From contig CAZSZQ010000002.1 in the NCBI GenBank assembly GCA_964610475.1, forward strand, positions 1-59,449: 59,449 nucleotides of DNA. The letters run 5' to 3'. Source of the DNA: an uncultured Desulfatiglans sp. GTDB lineage: Bacteria; Desulfobacterota; DSM-4660; Desulfatiglandales; HGW-15. The notes below the pieces were generated by a model that saw only the letters and a program-made list of their open reading frames with translations, did not search any database and was not told the DNA's origin. Below are positions 29,063 to 39,165 of the stretch, one piece after another. The position numbers and the translations under genes were made by a program. Position 1 is the stretch's first letter, and every line of letters begins with the position of its first letter.

Positions 29063-31276
29063 ATGTTAGAAAACAATATACTCGATAAATTTTTTCATCC
29101 AAAGTCAATAGCTGTAATAGGAGCATCTGAAAATGTATTATCATATGGATCACGCTATATTCAGGCATTGATCGATTTCGGGTACAAAGGAAAGATATAT
29201 GCGGTCAATCATAATGGGGAAAAGGTACTTGGCCATAAAATTTACAGGAATATTGCTGACGTCCCAAAACCGGTTGACCTGGTATTTATTACAATCCCTG
29301 CCCGATTCGTTGTTGATGTCATAAAGGAGTGCATTGCAGAAGGTATCAAAGCTGCTGTTATATTTACAGCTGGATTCGGTGAAACCGGGGAAGAAGGCCT
29401 GAATATTGAGAACGAGATTGTTAAAGAGGCCGAAGGCAGGATGCGAATTATAGGGCCGAATTGCTTCGGTACATATTGTCCCAGCGGCGGAATTACATTA
29501 CTTAATGGAAATAACTTTTCAAAGGAACCCGGGTCAGTGGCATTGACTGCGCAAAGCGGCCAATTGTCCGAGGTTTTAATACCTCGGGCCCAGGGAGAAG
29601 GTCTCAGACACTCTAAATTTATCAGTTATGGGAATGCAAGCGATATTAATGAGGCAGATCTTCTTGAATATTTAATGAATGATAAAGATACAAAAATAAT
29701 TACATCTTATCTGGAAGGCGTTAAGGATGGCCGCCGTTATTTTAACATAACCCGAAAGAATCCGGGGAAAAAGCCGATTATCATCTGGAAAGTCGGTCTG
29801 AGTCAAATCGGTGCCGCTGCTTCCTCTTCACATACTGGCTCTCTTGCAGGAACAAGCGCGGCATGGGATGCCTTTTTTCATCAGACGAATGCAGTTAAGG
29901 TTACCAACCTGGATGAACTTATCGACACAATAACATCTTTTTCCTGTATGCCGGACGGTTGCGGACCAAGAGTGGCCTATGTCAGTGGCGGAGGTGCAGG
30001 CACTGTTATTGGAGCTGATGCATGTGAAGCTGCGGGAATGGAGATGCCGCAATTTTCTCCCAATACAGAGAAACAACTGCGTGAACTTTTTCCAAGCATT
30101 GGCACATCCCTGAGGAATCCAATTGATATTGGAAATCCCCACCCACAGTTAGACCTTTTAAAGTCGCTTCTGGAAATTATGTCCGCAGACAAAAATGTTG
30201 ATGTAATAGTGGTAAGAGGAATATTGTTCTCTGTAAAAACGAGTCAGATATTCAGCGGCACGACCGCACCTTCTGAAAATGATCAGCGCGACTTACTTGA
30301 TATTCCGGTTAAAGTGATGAAGAAATATAAAAAACCTATAACCATTATTTTACCGGAATATGTGACAAGCGTAGAAGCTGTAGATATTGAAGAAGATAGA
30401 AGAAAAATCCGTGATTATTTCTTTACTCACGGTATTCCGGTTTATCTCTCGGAACAGAGAGCCTTTGGCGCCCTTGCCCATCTCGCCAAATACAGACAGG
30501 TCAACGGGAAAACTGTAAAAGCTGTTGTTGCCGGAAAAAATGAAAATGAGAGGGCAATAACAAATGGCAGAAAACAGTTATTAAGTATTTTAGGAGAAAC
30601 AGAAAACTCAATACTGGATGAGATACAATGTAAAACCGTATTAAAAAGCATGGGAATAAAAGTATCCGAACCGGTATTGACCGGGTCAAAAACCGAAGCT
30701 GTCTCTGTGGCAAAGAAAATGGGATACCCGGTTGTAATGAAAGTAATTTCACCGCAAATCACTCATAAAAGCGATATTGGCGGAGTTAAACTGAATCTCA
30801 TGAACGATAGTCAGGTCAGGACAGCTTATACTGAAATCATGAAAGCAGCCGCAAAAAAGGCATCAAAAGCAACAATTGATGGCGTATCCATTCAAAAAAT
30901 GGCAAAGCCGGGACTTGAGCTTGTAATAGGCATGACAAAAGATCCGCAGTTCGGACCAATGCTGATGTTTGGTTTGGGAGGGATATTTATAGAAGTATTA
31001 AAAGATGTTTCCTTCAGGATTCTACCTCTATCAAGGAAAGATGCCCTAGATATGATACGTGGGATCAGGTCATATCATCTGCTTGAAGGGTTCAGGGGCC
31101 AACCAGAAATTGATATTAAATATCTGGAAGAATTGTTGCTGAAACTTTCCGGATTTATTATGGATACTCCTGAGATAAAGGAGATGGATATTAATCCGTT
31201 GATTGCTTATGAAAAAGGAGTTATTGCCGTTGACGCAAGAATTATTCTGGAAGAGAGAGAAGTGAGTCAAAAATAA
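29063..31276 (+). CDS. ADP-forming (NDP-forming) acyl-CoA synthetase, fused alpha/beta domains
   Basis: CoA-binding start FFHPKSIAVIGAS; GPNCFG; TAQSGQL; phospho-His loop SSSHTGSLAG; C-terminal ATP-grasp. ATG 29063 follows GAGGG; the track ORF starts at GTG 29048. Confidence 0.85.
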   Translation: MLENNILDKFFHPKSIAVIGASENVLSYGSRYIQALIDFGYKGKIYAVNHNGEKVLGHKIYRNIADVPKPVDLVFITIPARFVVDVIKECIAEGIKAAVIFTAGFGETGEEGLNIENEIVKEAEGRMRIIGPNCFGTYCPSGGITLLNGNNFSKEPGSVALTAQSGQLSEVLIPRAQGEGLRHSKFISYGNASDINEADLLEYLMNDKDTKIITSYLEGVKDGRRYFNITRKNPGKKPIIIWKVGLSQIGAAASSSHTGSLAGTSAAWDAFFHQTNAVKVTNLDELIDTITSFSCMPDGCGPRVAYVSGGGAGTVIGADACEAAGMEMPQFSPNTEKQLRELFPSIGTSLRNPIDIGNPHPQLDLLKSLLEIMSADKNVDVIVVRGILFSVKTSQIFSGTTAPSENDQRDLLDIPVKVMKKYKKPITIILPEYVTSVEAVDIEEDRRKIRDYFFTHGIPVYLSEQRAFGALAHLAKYRQVNGKTVKAVVAGKNENERAITNGRKQLLSILGETENSILDEIQCKTVLKSMGIKVSEPVLTGSKTEAVSVAKKMGYPVVMKVISPQITHKSDIGGVKLNLMNDSQVRTAYTEIMKAAAKKASKATIDGVSIQKMAKPGLELVIGMTKDPQFGPMLMFGLGGIFIEVLKDVSFRILPLSRKDALDMIRGIRSYHLLEGFRGQPEIDIKYLEELLLKLSGFIMDTPEIKEMDINPLIAYEKGVIAVDARIILEEREVSQK

Positions 31277-31300
31277 TATACCCGGAAGAAATCGAGATAG

Positions 31301-32344
31301 TTACTCCTCTATCTTTTTGGTCACAACACCTGTTCGTATGGCATAGGTTGGACAGAAGAGAGTATGTTTACCTGCCCCACCAGCGACCACAACAATTAGA
31401 TCCTCAGGCTTCTGGATTACAGGGATCAGATCTTCTTCCCCATAAGAGGTAAACTGCAGCTCCTGATGCTTTTTCGAATAATTTTTTTTCGGGATTCGTG
31501 CATTCCTGTGGATGTATTCCTTTAATTGTGCCTTTGAATAGCCGCCGTTCGCTATGATACGGGCGTGTTCAGGAGCGGGAATGAGAAGCGGCTCACCGCT
31601 CTGGTAGAGAATGTTATTATTGCCCTGGGTTGCGATGGATGCAGCATAGGTCACGAGCAGATTCTCGGCATCATCAGCCGTATGATCATTGATATTGTGC
31701 GGATTTTCTACCCCATTCACAGTGACCACGCTGTCGGTCTTTTCATACCCCATCTCCACGTGGAGAGGCTCCCACGGATTTTCTTCCTCGTTTTCTGCGA
31801 TGCAGAAAGAGTACTTGCTTGGTTGTCCATGAGTGGAAAGATCGAAGGTTCCCGGGAGACCTCCTCCTATATTAAGAAGTATGAGGCGCACAGCCCTTCC
31901 AATAGTGGCGTTAGCCCGGTTCGCCGGGCCAAATAGATTACATCCACAGTTCATACCTATGCTATGCCGGATAGGACCGTTTACAATAACAATTGGCGCT
32001 ACGGGATGGGTTGTTGCCTGAATGTTATGTAGCCCGAGAGAGGGTTCCGCCAGGGCCTGTACTGCCGCCACAAGAACAGGCATATATTCGGGGAGACATC
32101 CTGCCATTACAGCATTGATAGCTACAAGACTCACTGTGGCATCGTTCCCGGAGGGGGGTAGAATGCCGAGAACTTCTTCGGGATTCTTTTTGGTCCCCTT
32201 GAGCATTCTGGTCACTCGCTCCTCCGTAGGAGGGATTACAGGTAACCCGTCAGTCCATCCACGCTCGTGATAGATGTTATAGATCTCTTCCGGGTTATCG
32301 GGAACTTCCAGCATATTTATATTAAATTTTCCGCTATCTGTCAT
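31301..32344 (-). CDS. paralog 3, C-module as a stand-alone protein (conserved domain of unknown function)
   Basis: Aligns with the C-terminal roughly 350 aa of 24313-26040 and 32997-34754. Shared motifs: GWTDGLPVIPPTEERV, INAVMAGCLPEYMPVL, NGPIR, ANATIGRA, CIAENEEE. RBS AGGAGA. Confidence 0.75.
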   Translation of the reverse strand: MTDSGKFNINMLEVPDNPEEIYNIYHERGWTDGLPVIPPTEERVTRMLKGTKKNPEEVLGILPPSGNDATVSLVAINAVMAGCLPEYMPVLVAAVQALAEPSLGLHNIQATTHPVAPIVIVNGPIRHSIGMNCGCNLFGPANRANATIGRAVRLILLNIGGGLPGTFDLSTHGQPSKYSFCIAENEEENPWEPLHVEMGYEKTDSVVTVNGVENPHNINDHTADDAENLLVTYAASIATQGNNNILYQSGEPLLIPAPEHARIIANGGYSKAQLKEYIHRNARIPKKNYSKKHQELQFTSYGEEDLIPVIQKPEDLIVVVAGGAGKHTLFCPTYAIRTGVVTKKIEE

Positions 32345-32382
32345 TATTATCTCCTGAGCAGATCTATCTTTTTTTGACTTAA

Positions 32383-32952
32383 TTATCGGGCCCCCTGAGC
32401 ATTAGCATTTCCAACATTTCCAACAAGAGTGCAGATAATTTCTTTAATGGCGCCATCTGCCTTTTTAATGATCTCCGTGTCATTATTGAGGGCGATGGGG
32501 TGGGTTACGACGACGAGTGGCATGTCGGTTAACCTTTTTGCCTTGGCTGTAGTCCTCAGAAGGGCCGAAAAGCTTGTGGTGCAGACTGTTGTGGTAGGAA
32601 GGTTTCTCTTTTCGAGTTCAATGGAACTCTGGATACACCAGAGCGAACATCCCCCTCAATCTCCGGTGCCGATGACTGCACCATCACAGGTAGTAACGAT
32701 ATGATCAACAACTTCCGGCTCAATTACTTTTTTGGTGTCTCCTCTGTCACTTATCCATTCAATTCCTGACACTCCATATTGATCAGTGAGCAGTTCAGAG
32801 ACTCTTTTAAGAAAAATGTCACCTCCCAGTTTCCCGTTCCAGATTACAGCAAGCCGTTTCCCCTGGAGTGAGGTGAGACGCATGGCTGCCGCCACAGACT
32901 TTTTGACTCTCTTTACTCCAGTGGGAATATACACCATTATCTTTTCACCCAT
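32383..32952 (-). CDS. paralog 3, N-module: 189-aa UxxC (UGGC) selenoprotein; TGA 32656-32658 read as Sec
   Basis: Track ORF stops at TGA after ...AVIGTGD. The frame stays open for 90 more codons (GGCSLWCIQSSIELEKRNLP...) to TAA 32383-32385, and that extension is homologous to the post-Sec region of paralog 2. Otherwise 270 nt would be unexplained. RBS AGGAGG before ATG 32952. Confidence 0.75.
32627..32643 (-). promoter_or_regulatory. SECIS-like hairpin downstream of UGA (paralog 3)
   Basis: mRNA CUCUGG-UGUAU-CCAGAG, a perfect 6-bp stem starting 12 nt after the UGA. Confidence 0.6.
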
Positions 32953-32996
32953 GAATTTTCCTCCTGCTGTCTAAAACCATTTGCAACGGTTTTCTA

Positions 32997-34754
32997 TCAT
33001 CTCATTTTTACCACCTTTAATTTCTCAGTCCAGTCCACCGGAAGCTCAATACGCTTACTTGTAGTATAACCCAGACACCCGTTGCTGATAAATATATGAG
33101 CATTTGTTCTCCAGGGATCTCCGCTGACAGTGATTACGAAATCATCAGGCGAGCATACAATCGGCACCAGTCGATCAGGATCTTCAGACTCACAGAACTG
33201 TGGTCCAAGTACCCCTTCCTCTACATAATCGCAGAGTGAGACATGGTCAGGAGCAAAATTTGTCCATCCCCAGTTTAACTTTTCAACTTTCCATGCGGGT
33301 ATTCTAGCGTGATCATAAAGGTACTGTTTTACATCTTTTTTCGACCAGCCGCCTTTTGCGATTGTTTCGGCCAGCACGGGAGTAAGTATGAGATGAGGTC
33401 TTTGACTGCAGCCGATTGCAGGTCTGGGAAGGACCGTAAACCATATCTCCCATCCCATATAGCCGGTAAAACGGTCGGCGATATAGGTAAGTATTTCTTC
33501 CGGCTTCTGTCCGTATGCCCCGGTAATTACTCCTCCGCTGACATGTCTTGCTACGGTTACAACATTTTCACCTGCCTTAAAGCCCTGGTCAACACTCAGG
33601 GGATGCCATCCTATGCGTGCAATTGTGTCTTCATTCTCGGCCAGGACCACTTTCCATGTACCGCCAAAGGTCGCCATATCAGTTTGATGAAGATGAAATC
33701 CGGCTACATTCCTTAACATGAGTCTCCAGAAACGACCTATTGTTGTGTTCGCCTGAAATCCGTCACGCAATGCCCCCTGTTCGTAATTGAAGTCAAGCTC
33801 TTTAATTATGGGACCATTGAGGGTGATCAGCGTTTCCGAGCCGGGAGTATTGCCGCTGTGCTCAACACCATATTGCGGATCTGCCATTGCCTCCGTAAGA
33901 GCAATAAGCACCGGCATATATTCCGGTCTGCATCCGGCCATTACTCCGTTTACAGCGGTATTCCATATGGTTGCCTGTCGGCTGTCAGGAAGTAAAACCC
34001 CGATCACTTCCTTGGGTGCCCTGTCCGTAAAGGACATGAACCGTTCAACATTTTCCAGTGTCGGAGGAATAATCGGCAAAGAATCGTTCCACCCTCTGGA
34101 TAAAAAGAATCTGTTTACCTCTTCATATGAACCCTCAAAAACGATGCTTTCAAAAGTTGGCTCAGGTCTCTCTTTCTTGAGCAAAGGTACCTGCCCGGTC
34201 AACCCCTCAATAACTAAAGGTAATGTAGTGGTTTCGATGTTTGTCTTCAATTCTTCCGGGGTCTGTGTGTCAACATGACCGGGTATCATGGCAATAGCCA
34301 TATTGGGAAATCCGACGCCGCTCGCGACTGCCTGAGCACCCCTAACAAAGGATTCACAGATTAGAGGCACAACCGGAACACCGGCTTTTTCTACCACTGC
34401 ACTCGCCCGCATCACGGCAGACGTACAGCTTCCTCAGCATCCCACTGCTGATATTACTGCATCACAACCATATTTCTCCAGCCTGGCCGGTAACTCAGCC
34501 AGTACCTTTGCTTCATCTTTGTCATGAATATTTCCGAAATTATCATAGCTGACGAATTTGAGCTCTGAAAATTCCTTTGATAACCGGTCCTGAATTATCT
34601 TAAAAATACTGTCACCACGGAATACATAGTCCCATAACAGACCGACTGTCTTTCCGTTGAGTGTATCGAGGCGTTTTGAGATGCTTGTCGCTTTTATTGT
34701 TTTTTTCCCTTTGGGCCAGACCACCTTGTAGATACCTTTATTGGCCGCTTCCAT
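32997..34754 (-). CDS. paralog 2: UGSC selenoprotein N-module fused to the conserved C-module (585 aa); TGA 34434-34436 read as Sec
   Basis: Track ORFs 34434-34754 and 32997-34415 share a frame (339 nt offset), separated by a TGA and 6 sense codons. Junction reads AVISAVGC-U-GSCTSAVMRAS. No SD precedes the downstream piece. RBS GGGAGG before ATG 34754. Confidence 0.8.
34404..34423 (-). promoter_or_regulatory. SECIS-like hairpin downstream of UGA (paralog 2)
   Basis: mRNA CGUCUGC-CGUGAU-GCGGGCG, 7 bp including two G:U pairs, starting 10 nt after the UGA. Loop CGUGA(U) matches the paralog 1 loop CGUGA. Confidence 0.55.
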
Positions 34755-34877
34755 TCGAATCGCCTCCCGTATTTCTTATTTCATGTGATTCATGAGATGC
34801 TTTTGCTGCTTTTTTCTATGACGTTTATAACCTCAATCTTTAAGTGCATCTTAATCCGGAGAAGACTGTTTTAATTA

Positions 34878-35816
34878 TTAATTTGAATTTTTGTTTAAAG
34901 TCTGTAGGAATCTTTGCGCCGCCACTGCGGCGATAGCCCCGTCGCCCACTGCTGCAGATATCTGCTGGGGAGAATACTGCCGCAGGTCACCAGCCGCAAA
35001 TATACCCGGAACAGTTGTCTCCATATTTTGATTTATTTCAATTCGGCCTGAGGCATCGAGGGGCACAATACCATCGAAATAGGCCGTATTAGGCACAATC
35101 CCGATATGAACTAGGACTCCCTCTACCTGGAGAGTCTCTTTTTGGGATGTGCCGATATCTTCCAGTACAATACCTTTTACATTATTTTCGCCTGTAATCT
35201 CAATAACCTTTTGCCCGCGGCGAATCTCGATTTTTGGGTCGAAAGCTGCTCTTTCCTGATAGATTGGTGTGGCGGTCAGATTAGGCAGGGCTTCTATAAT
35301 TATTACTTTTGATGCAAGTTTGGACATATAAAGCGCCTCGGTTATACCTGCGTCTCCTCCTCCGCATACGGCCAGCACGCGGTTTTCGAACTGTCCCCCT
35401 TCACAGAGCGCACAATGTATCACGCCCCGCCCGTAAAATTTATCTTCGCCCGGAACATTCAGTTTTCTTGATGATGATCCACAGGCTATGATTATGGCCA
35501 TTGAAGTGTAATTTGTTCCATTTTTACATTTTACATTGAAGCAACTGGAATATGAAGCAATGTCCGTCACTTCACCCTGTTCCAGTTCTACATCATATTT
35601 CATGGCCTGACCTATCATCTCGGTGGCGAGTGCTGTCCCTTCTATTCCTTCGGAAAAACCGGGATAATTTTCAACCCAGGCGATATTCAGCAACTGCCCG
35701 CCAAACTGATCTTTTTCCACTAATAAAACCCGGTATTTGGCCCTGGCCAGATAAATACCGGCGGTTATTCCGGATGGCCCTGCTCCAATAATAATTACAT
35801 CGTAATCTGTTACCAC
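34878..35816 (-). CDS. thioredoxin-disulfide reductase-like FAD/NAD(P)H flavoprotein
   Basis: GAGPSG FAD motif; GGQL...ENYPGF; redox-active CALCEG (canonical TrxB has CATCDG); second dinucleotide motif GGGDAG; GDLR near the C-terminus; 312 aa. Confidence 0.85.
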   Translation of the reverse strand: MVTDYDVIIIGAGPSGITAGIYLARAKYRVLLVEKDQFGGQLLNIAWVENYPGFSEGIEGTALATEMIGQAMKYDVELEQGEVTDIASYSSCFNVKCKNGTNYTSMAIIIACGSSSRKLNVPGEDKFYGRGVIHCALCEGGQFENRVLAVCGGGDAGITEALYMSKLASKVIIIEALPNLTATPIYQERAAFDPKIEIRRGQKVIEITGENNVKGIVLEDIGTSQKETLQVEGVLVHIGIVPNTAYFDGIVPLDASGRIEINQNMETTVPGIFAAGDLRQYSPQQISAAVGDGAIAAVAAQRFLQTLNKNSN

Positions 35817-35878
35817 AGCTATAAACTCGTACTAGAATTTTAGTATTGTCCCGTTTTACTTTAATTTAGTAATTTCTT

Positions 35879-37438
35879 TTACTCTTTTTTATCAATAAGT
35901 TCTTTGCAATTTTTCTTTAGTATTGCTTTATCGATTTTTCCCACTGCATTTTTAGGTAACTCGTCTAAAAAATCTATGGACCGGGGTTTTTTATACCCGG
36001 CCAACCGGGAGGCGCAAAACTCCATCAGTTCTTTTTCGCCTATTTTATCTCTAAATTCCGTCTCCAGTGCGATAACCGCCTTTACTGATTCTCCCCATTC
36101 CCTGTCCGGTATGCCTATAACAGCAGCTTCATAGACTGCGGGGTGCTGGTATAACACCTCTTCAACCTCTCTGGTTGAAACATTTTCTCCCCCGCTGATT
36201 ATTATGTCTTTTTTCCTATCAACAATAAAGATATAACCGTCCTGGTCCCTGTAGCCTATATCACCCGTATAAAGCCAGCCATCTTTAAAGGTTTCTGCCG
36301 ATTCCTTGGGCAACTTCCAATAGGACCGGGCGATGTTATCGCCCTTACCCGTAATTTCGCCAATCTGCCCATCAGGGACTTCCTTTCCTTCCATATCAAC
36401 AATAGCAATTTCAACGCCCATGGCATCTTTTCCTACTGAACCGAGTTTTTCTGCCATAGTACCTTCAAGGGAGTGTTCACTACTGCGGAAATGAAGGAGG
36501 GCGCCATTAGCTTCAGTAGCACCCAGACCTGTTGTAAGCCGGTGAGATCCAAGAATTTTCATAGCTGCTTTAAGCTGTTCTTTGGGAATCGGAGCCCCTG
36601 CGTACATGATGAGTCTAATGCTTTCAAGATTATAGGATGATATATTGGGATCAGAGATAATTCTCCCGAGTACTGTTGGGACCAGGTTGATAAATGTAAT
36701 TTTTCTATTTTGTATAATTTTATACATCGGATCCAGATCGAATCTGGGCATCAGGACAGTCGTACCTCCCCGGTAAACCATACTCAACATGGGCCATAAC
36801 CCGCCAAGGTGGAAGAGCGGCATTGCAAGAAGACTGATATCTTCAGGAACAAGATCCAGTTCAAGGCACATCGTGTTGGTATTTGCCATTATGTTCCGAT
36901 GTGTTGATATAACGCCCCTTGGAAAGCCCGTGGCTCCGCTTGTGAACATAATCATGGCCATATCATCGGGCTCTACTGTTACAAGGGGTTCAGAATCTGA
37001 AGCACTTGAGATAAGATCTTCATAGGAGAGCACATTATCTCCGTAATTTCCCGTTGATATGTAATGGTTGATCCCGGCAATGTTCTTCCGTATTTTTTGA
37101 ACAGTTGCTTCCATTTCTTTGTCATAGATAAGAAGAGTCACTTCAGCATTTCTGAGAACATAGGATGCTTCATCACCGGAGAAGCGTGCATTTACCGGAA
37201 CGGCGATTGAACCGATCTTTGCAATGGCAAAATAGAATTCTATGAAATGGTGGGAGTTGTATCCCATAAAGGCTATCTTATCACCCTTGGTTATTCCTAT
37301 CCCCAGAAGGGCATTTGCCAGCCTGTTAACTCTTTGATTAATTTCTCGATAATTATACTCTTTTTCTCCGTCAATAACCGCTACCTTCCGGTTGCGAATC
37401 CTCGCTTCTCTAAGTATTATGTCACCGATCAGCATCAT
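35879..37438 (-). CDS. AMP-forming acyl-CoA ligase (adenylate-forming superfamily)
   Basis: AMP-binding motif FTSGATGFPRG; YGATE-like GLGATE; TGDIGYRDQDGY; C-terminal LPKNAVGKIDK. Confidence 0.85.
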   Translation of the reverse strand: MMLIGDIILREARIRNRKVAVIDGEKEYNYREINQRVNRLANALLGIGITKGDKIAFMGYNSHHFIEFYFAIAKIGSIAVPVNARFSGDEASYVLRNAEVTLLIYDKEMEATVQKIRKNIAGINHYISTGNYGDNVLSYEDLISSASDSEPLVTVEPDDMAMIMFTSGATGFPRGVISTHRNIMANTNTMCLELDLVPEDISLLAMPLFHLGGLWPMLSMVYRGGTTVLMPRFDLDPMYKIIQNRKITFINLVPTVLGRIISDPNISSYNLESIRLIMYAGAPIPKEQLKAAMKILGSHRLTTGLGATEANGALLHFRSSEHSLEGTMAEKLGSVGKDAMGVEIAIVDMEGKEVPDGQIGEITGKGDNIARSYWKLPKESAETFKDGWLYTGDIGYRDQDGYIFIVDRKKDIIISGGENVSTREVEEVLYQHPAVYEAAVIGIPDREWGESVKAVIALETEFRDKIGEKELMEFCASRLAGYKKPRSIDFLDELPKNAVGKIDKAILKKNCKELIDKKE

Positions 37439-37487
37439 TTTCTATTTCCAGTTTTTTTGACTGTTGATATATAATTCCAGTCCTGTT

Positions 37488-39053
37488 TTATTGACTTAAA
37501 GCCTTTAATTCCTTTTCCCGTTCCTTGAGGAGTTTTCTCTTGATTTTCCCATCCGGTGTTTTTGGCAGATCTGCTATGAAATCGATTTCCCGCGGATACT
37601 CGTGTTTGCTCAGTCTGGTTTTCACAAAAGCCTTGATTTCTTCTTCAAGATCTTCAGATTCTGTATAGCCTTTTTTGAGTACGATGATGGCCTTGACAAC
37701 TTCACCCCTGTTTTTATCAGGACTCCCGACGACGGCGCATTCTTCAACAGCAGGATGTTTGTTAATAGCTCCTTCTACCTCAATAGGGCCAATGGTATAG
37801 CCGGCTGAGATAATAACATCATCAATTCTTCCCACATACCATAAATATCCGTCTTCATCGATATAAGCGCTATCACCTATCTTGAACCATGCATTATTTC
37901 TCCAGAGGGCAACCTGACCGGTCGTTCCGGGAGGAACTTCTTTTTCGTTTTCATCAAGGATGGCTATTTTGATACCACCTAACATTAATTTACCTAAACT
38001 TCCCGGTTTAATAACCCAATTGTCAAAGGCCATGAAATCAAGGGCAATAGGACCTGCCTCAGTGGTACCATACTGAGCCGCAGGATAAATGCCCCATTCA
38101 CGGTGAAGGGCAGCAACTGTATCCTTTGTCATGGCTTCGCCCGTATAATTGATTGTCCTGAGCCTGACTTTGTATTTATCAACATTTGGAGATTCCATAA
38201 TGAGGCGGTAATGAGAGGAAATGGCTGCCATAATTGTAACTCCCCATTCCTCCAGGGCTTCAAGTACCATGTCCGTATCGAACTTGCCGGAAAAAGTACC
38301 AAGTGCCCTCCCATGGATAAGAGGAGCTATGGTGCCATACCATATACCGTGTCCCCAGCCGGGTGATGAAGGACAGAAATAAATGTCATCAGGTCTAAGT
38401 CCATTTCCGAGTTTCATGACCACTCCTGCGACTGAGATAGCACCATGTTTGTAAAGGATGGATTTTGGCTCTCCGGTAGTGCCGCTCGAAAATTGCATCA
38501 TGCAGACGGTGTTTACATCTGTTTTCCATTCATAGCTGTCGGAACACTTCGATAACTCTTCCATAAGGTCATCTGCATAAATAATCCTGAGGCCAAGTTT
38601 CTCGGCAAGCTCCTTATCAATATTTTTTGTCATGGCCTTTGTTGTTATAATTGCCTTTGCATTTGATCTTAAAAGTCTGAAATTTATTGCTTCCGGCCCA
38701 AAAAGAGGAAAACACATTACAGCTACTGCCCCTCTTCTGAATGTACCGAACATGCTTATGTAAAGCTCAATGGAGGGGAAGAGCAATATAACAACCTTAT
38801 CTCCTGATTTTATTTCTTTTTCTTGAAGGTAGTTGGCAAAGCGTCGAGTATACTCTGAGAACTGCCCGAATGTATACATTTCCGATCTTCCATCGGAAAA
38901 TTTTATGCGTATCGCAGTTTCATCCTTGGGATGTCGATCAATACATTCATGGGCAATGTTAAAATGCTCTTTTGTGCCGTCAAAAAGGGACCATCTTTCT
39001 TTCCAGTTGAACTTTTCTTTAGCGTCATCGTAGCTGATATAGTCAAGACTCAT
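37488..39053 (-). CDS. AMP-forming acyl-CoA synthetase (medium-chain/acetyl-CoA-synthetase-like)
   Basis: FSSGTTGEPK; QYGTTE; GDSAYIDEDGY; LPKTPDGKIKR. Confidence 0.85.
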   Translation of the reverse strand: MSLDYISYDDAKEKFNWKERWSLFDGTKEHFNIAHECIDRHPKDETAIRIKFSDGRSEMYTFGQFSEYTRRFANYLQEKEIKSGDKVVILLFPSIELYISMFGTFRRGAVAVMCFPLFGPEAINFRLLRSNAKAIITTKAMTKNIDKELAEKLGLRIIYADDLMEELSKCSDSYEWKTDVNTVCMMQFSSGTTGEPKSILYKHGAISVAGVVMKLGNGLRPDDIYFCPSSPGWGHGIWYGTIAPLIHGRALGTFSGKFDTDMVLEALEEWGVTIMAAISSHYRLIMESPNVDKYKVRLRTINYTGEAMTKDTVAALHREWGIYPAAQYGTTEAGPIALDFMAFDNWVIKPGSLGKLMLGGIKIAILDENEKEVPPGTTGQVALWRNNAWFKIGDSAYIDEDGYLWYVGRIDDVIISAGYTIGPIEVEGAINKHPAVEECAVVGSPDKNRGEVVKAIIVLKKGYTESEDLEEEIKAFVKTRLSKHEYPREIDFIADLPKTPDGKIKRKLLKEREKELKALSQ

Positions 39054-39165
39054 TCTTTCCCTTTTATGTTCACATTTAAAAAACTATTTACTTTCACAGG
39101 AGTTTTTATTCTGAGTGAGAATAATGTTTATAGGTATACAAAAGGCCTACTAGTGTCAATATTTT

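Noticed and set aside
32429-32704. Plus-strand ORF (91 aa) covering the gap between the truncated N-module ORF and the C-module gene.
   Set aside because: It is antisense to a minus-strand frame that stays open and is homologous to paralog 2 once the TGA is read as Sec. It has low-complexity shadow-ORF composition.
33309-34278. Plus-strand ORFs 33309-33716 and 33787-34278, and similar antisense ORFs elsewhere (e.g. 48218-48838, 52044-52691, 15125-15601, 40376-40780, 17984-18373, 12969-13349).
   Set aside because: All lie fully inside longer opposite-strand genes that have clear family motifs. They are typical shadow ORFs.
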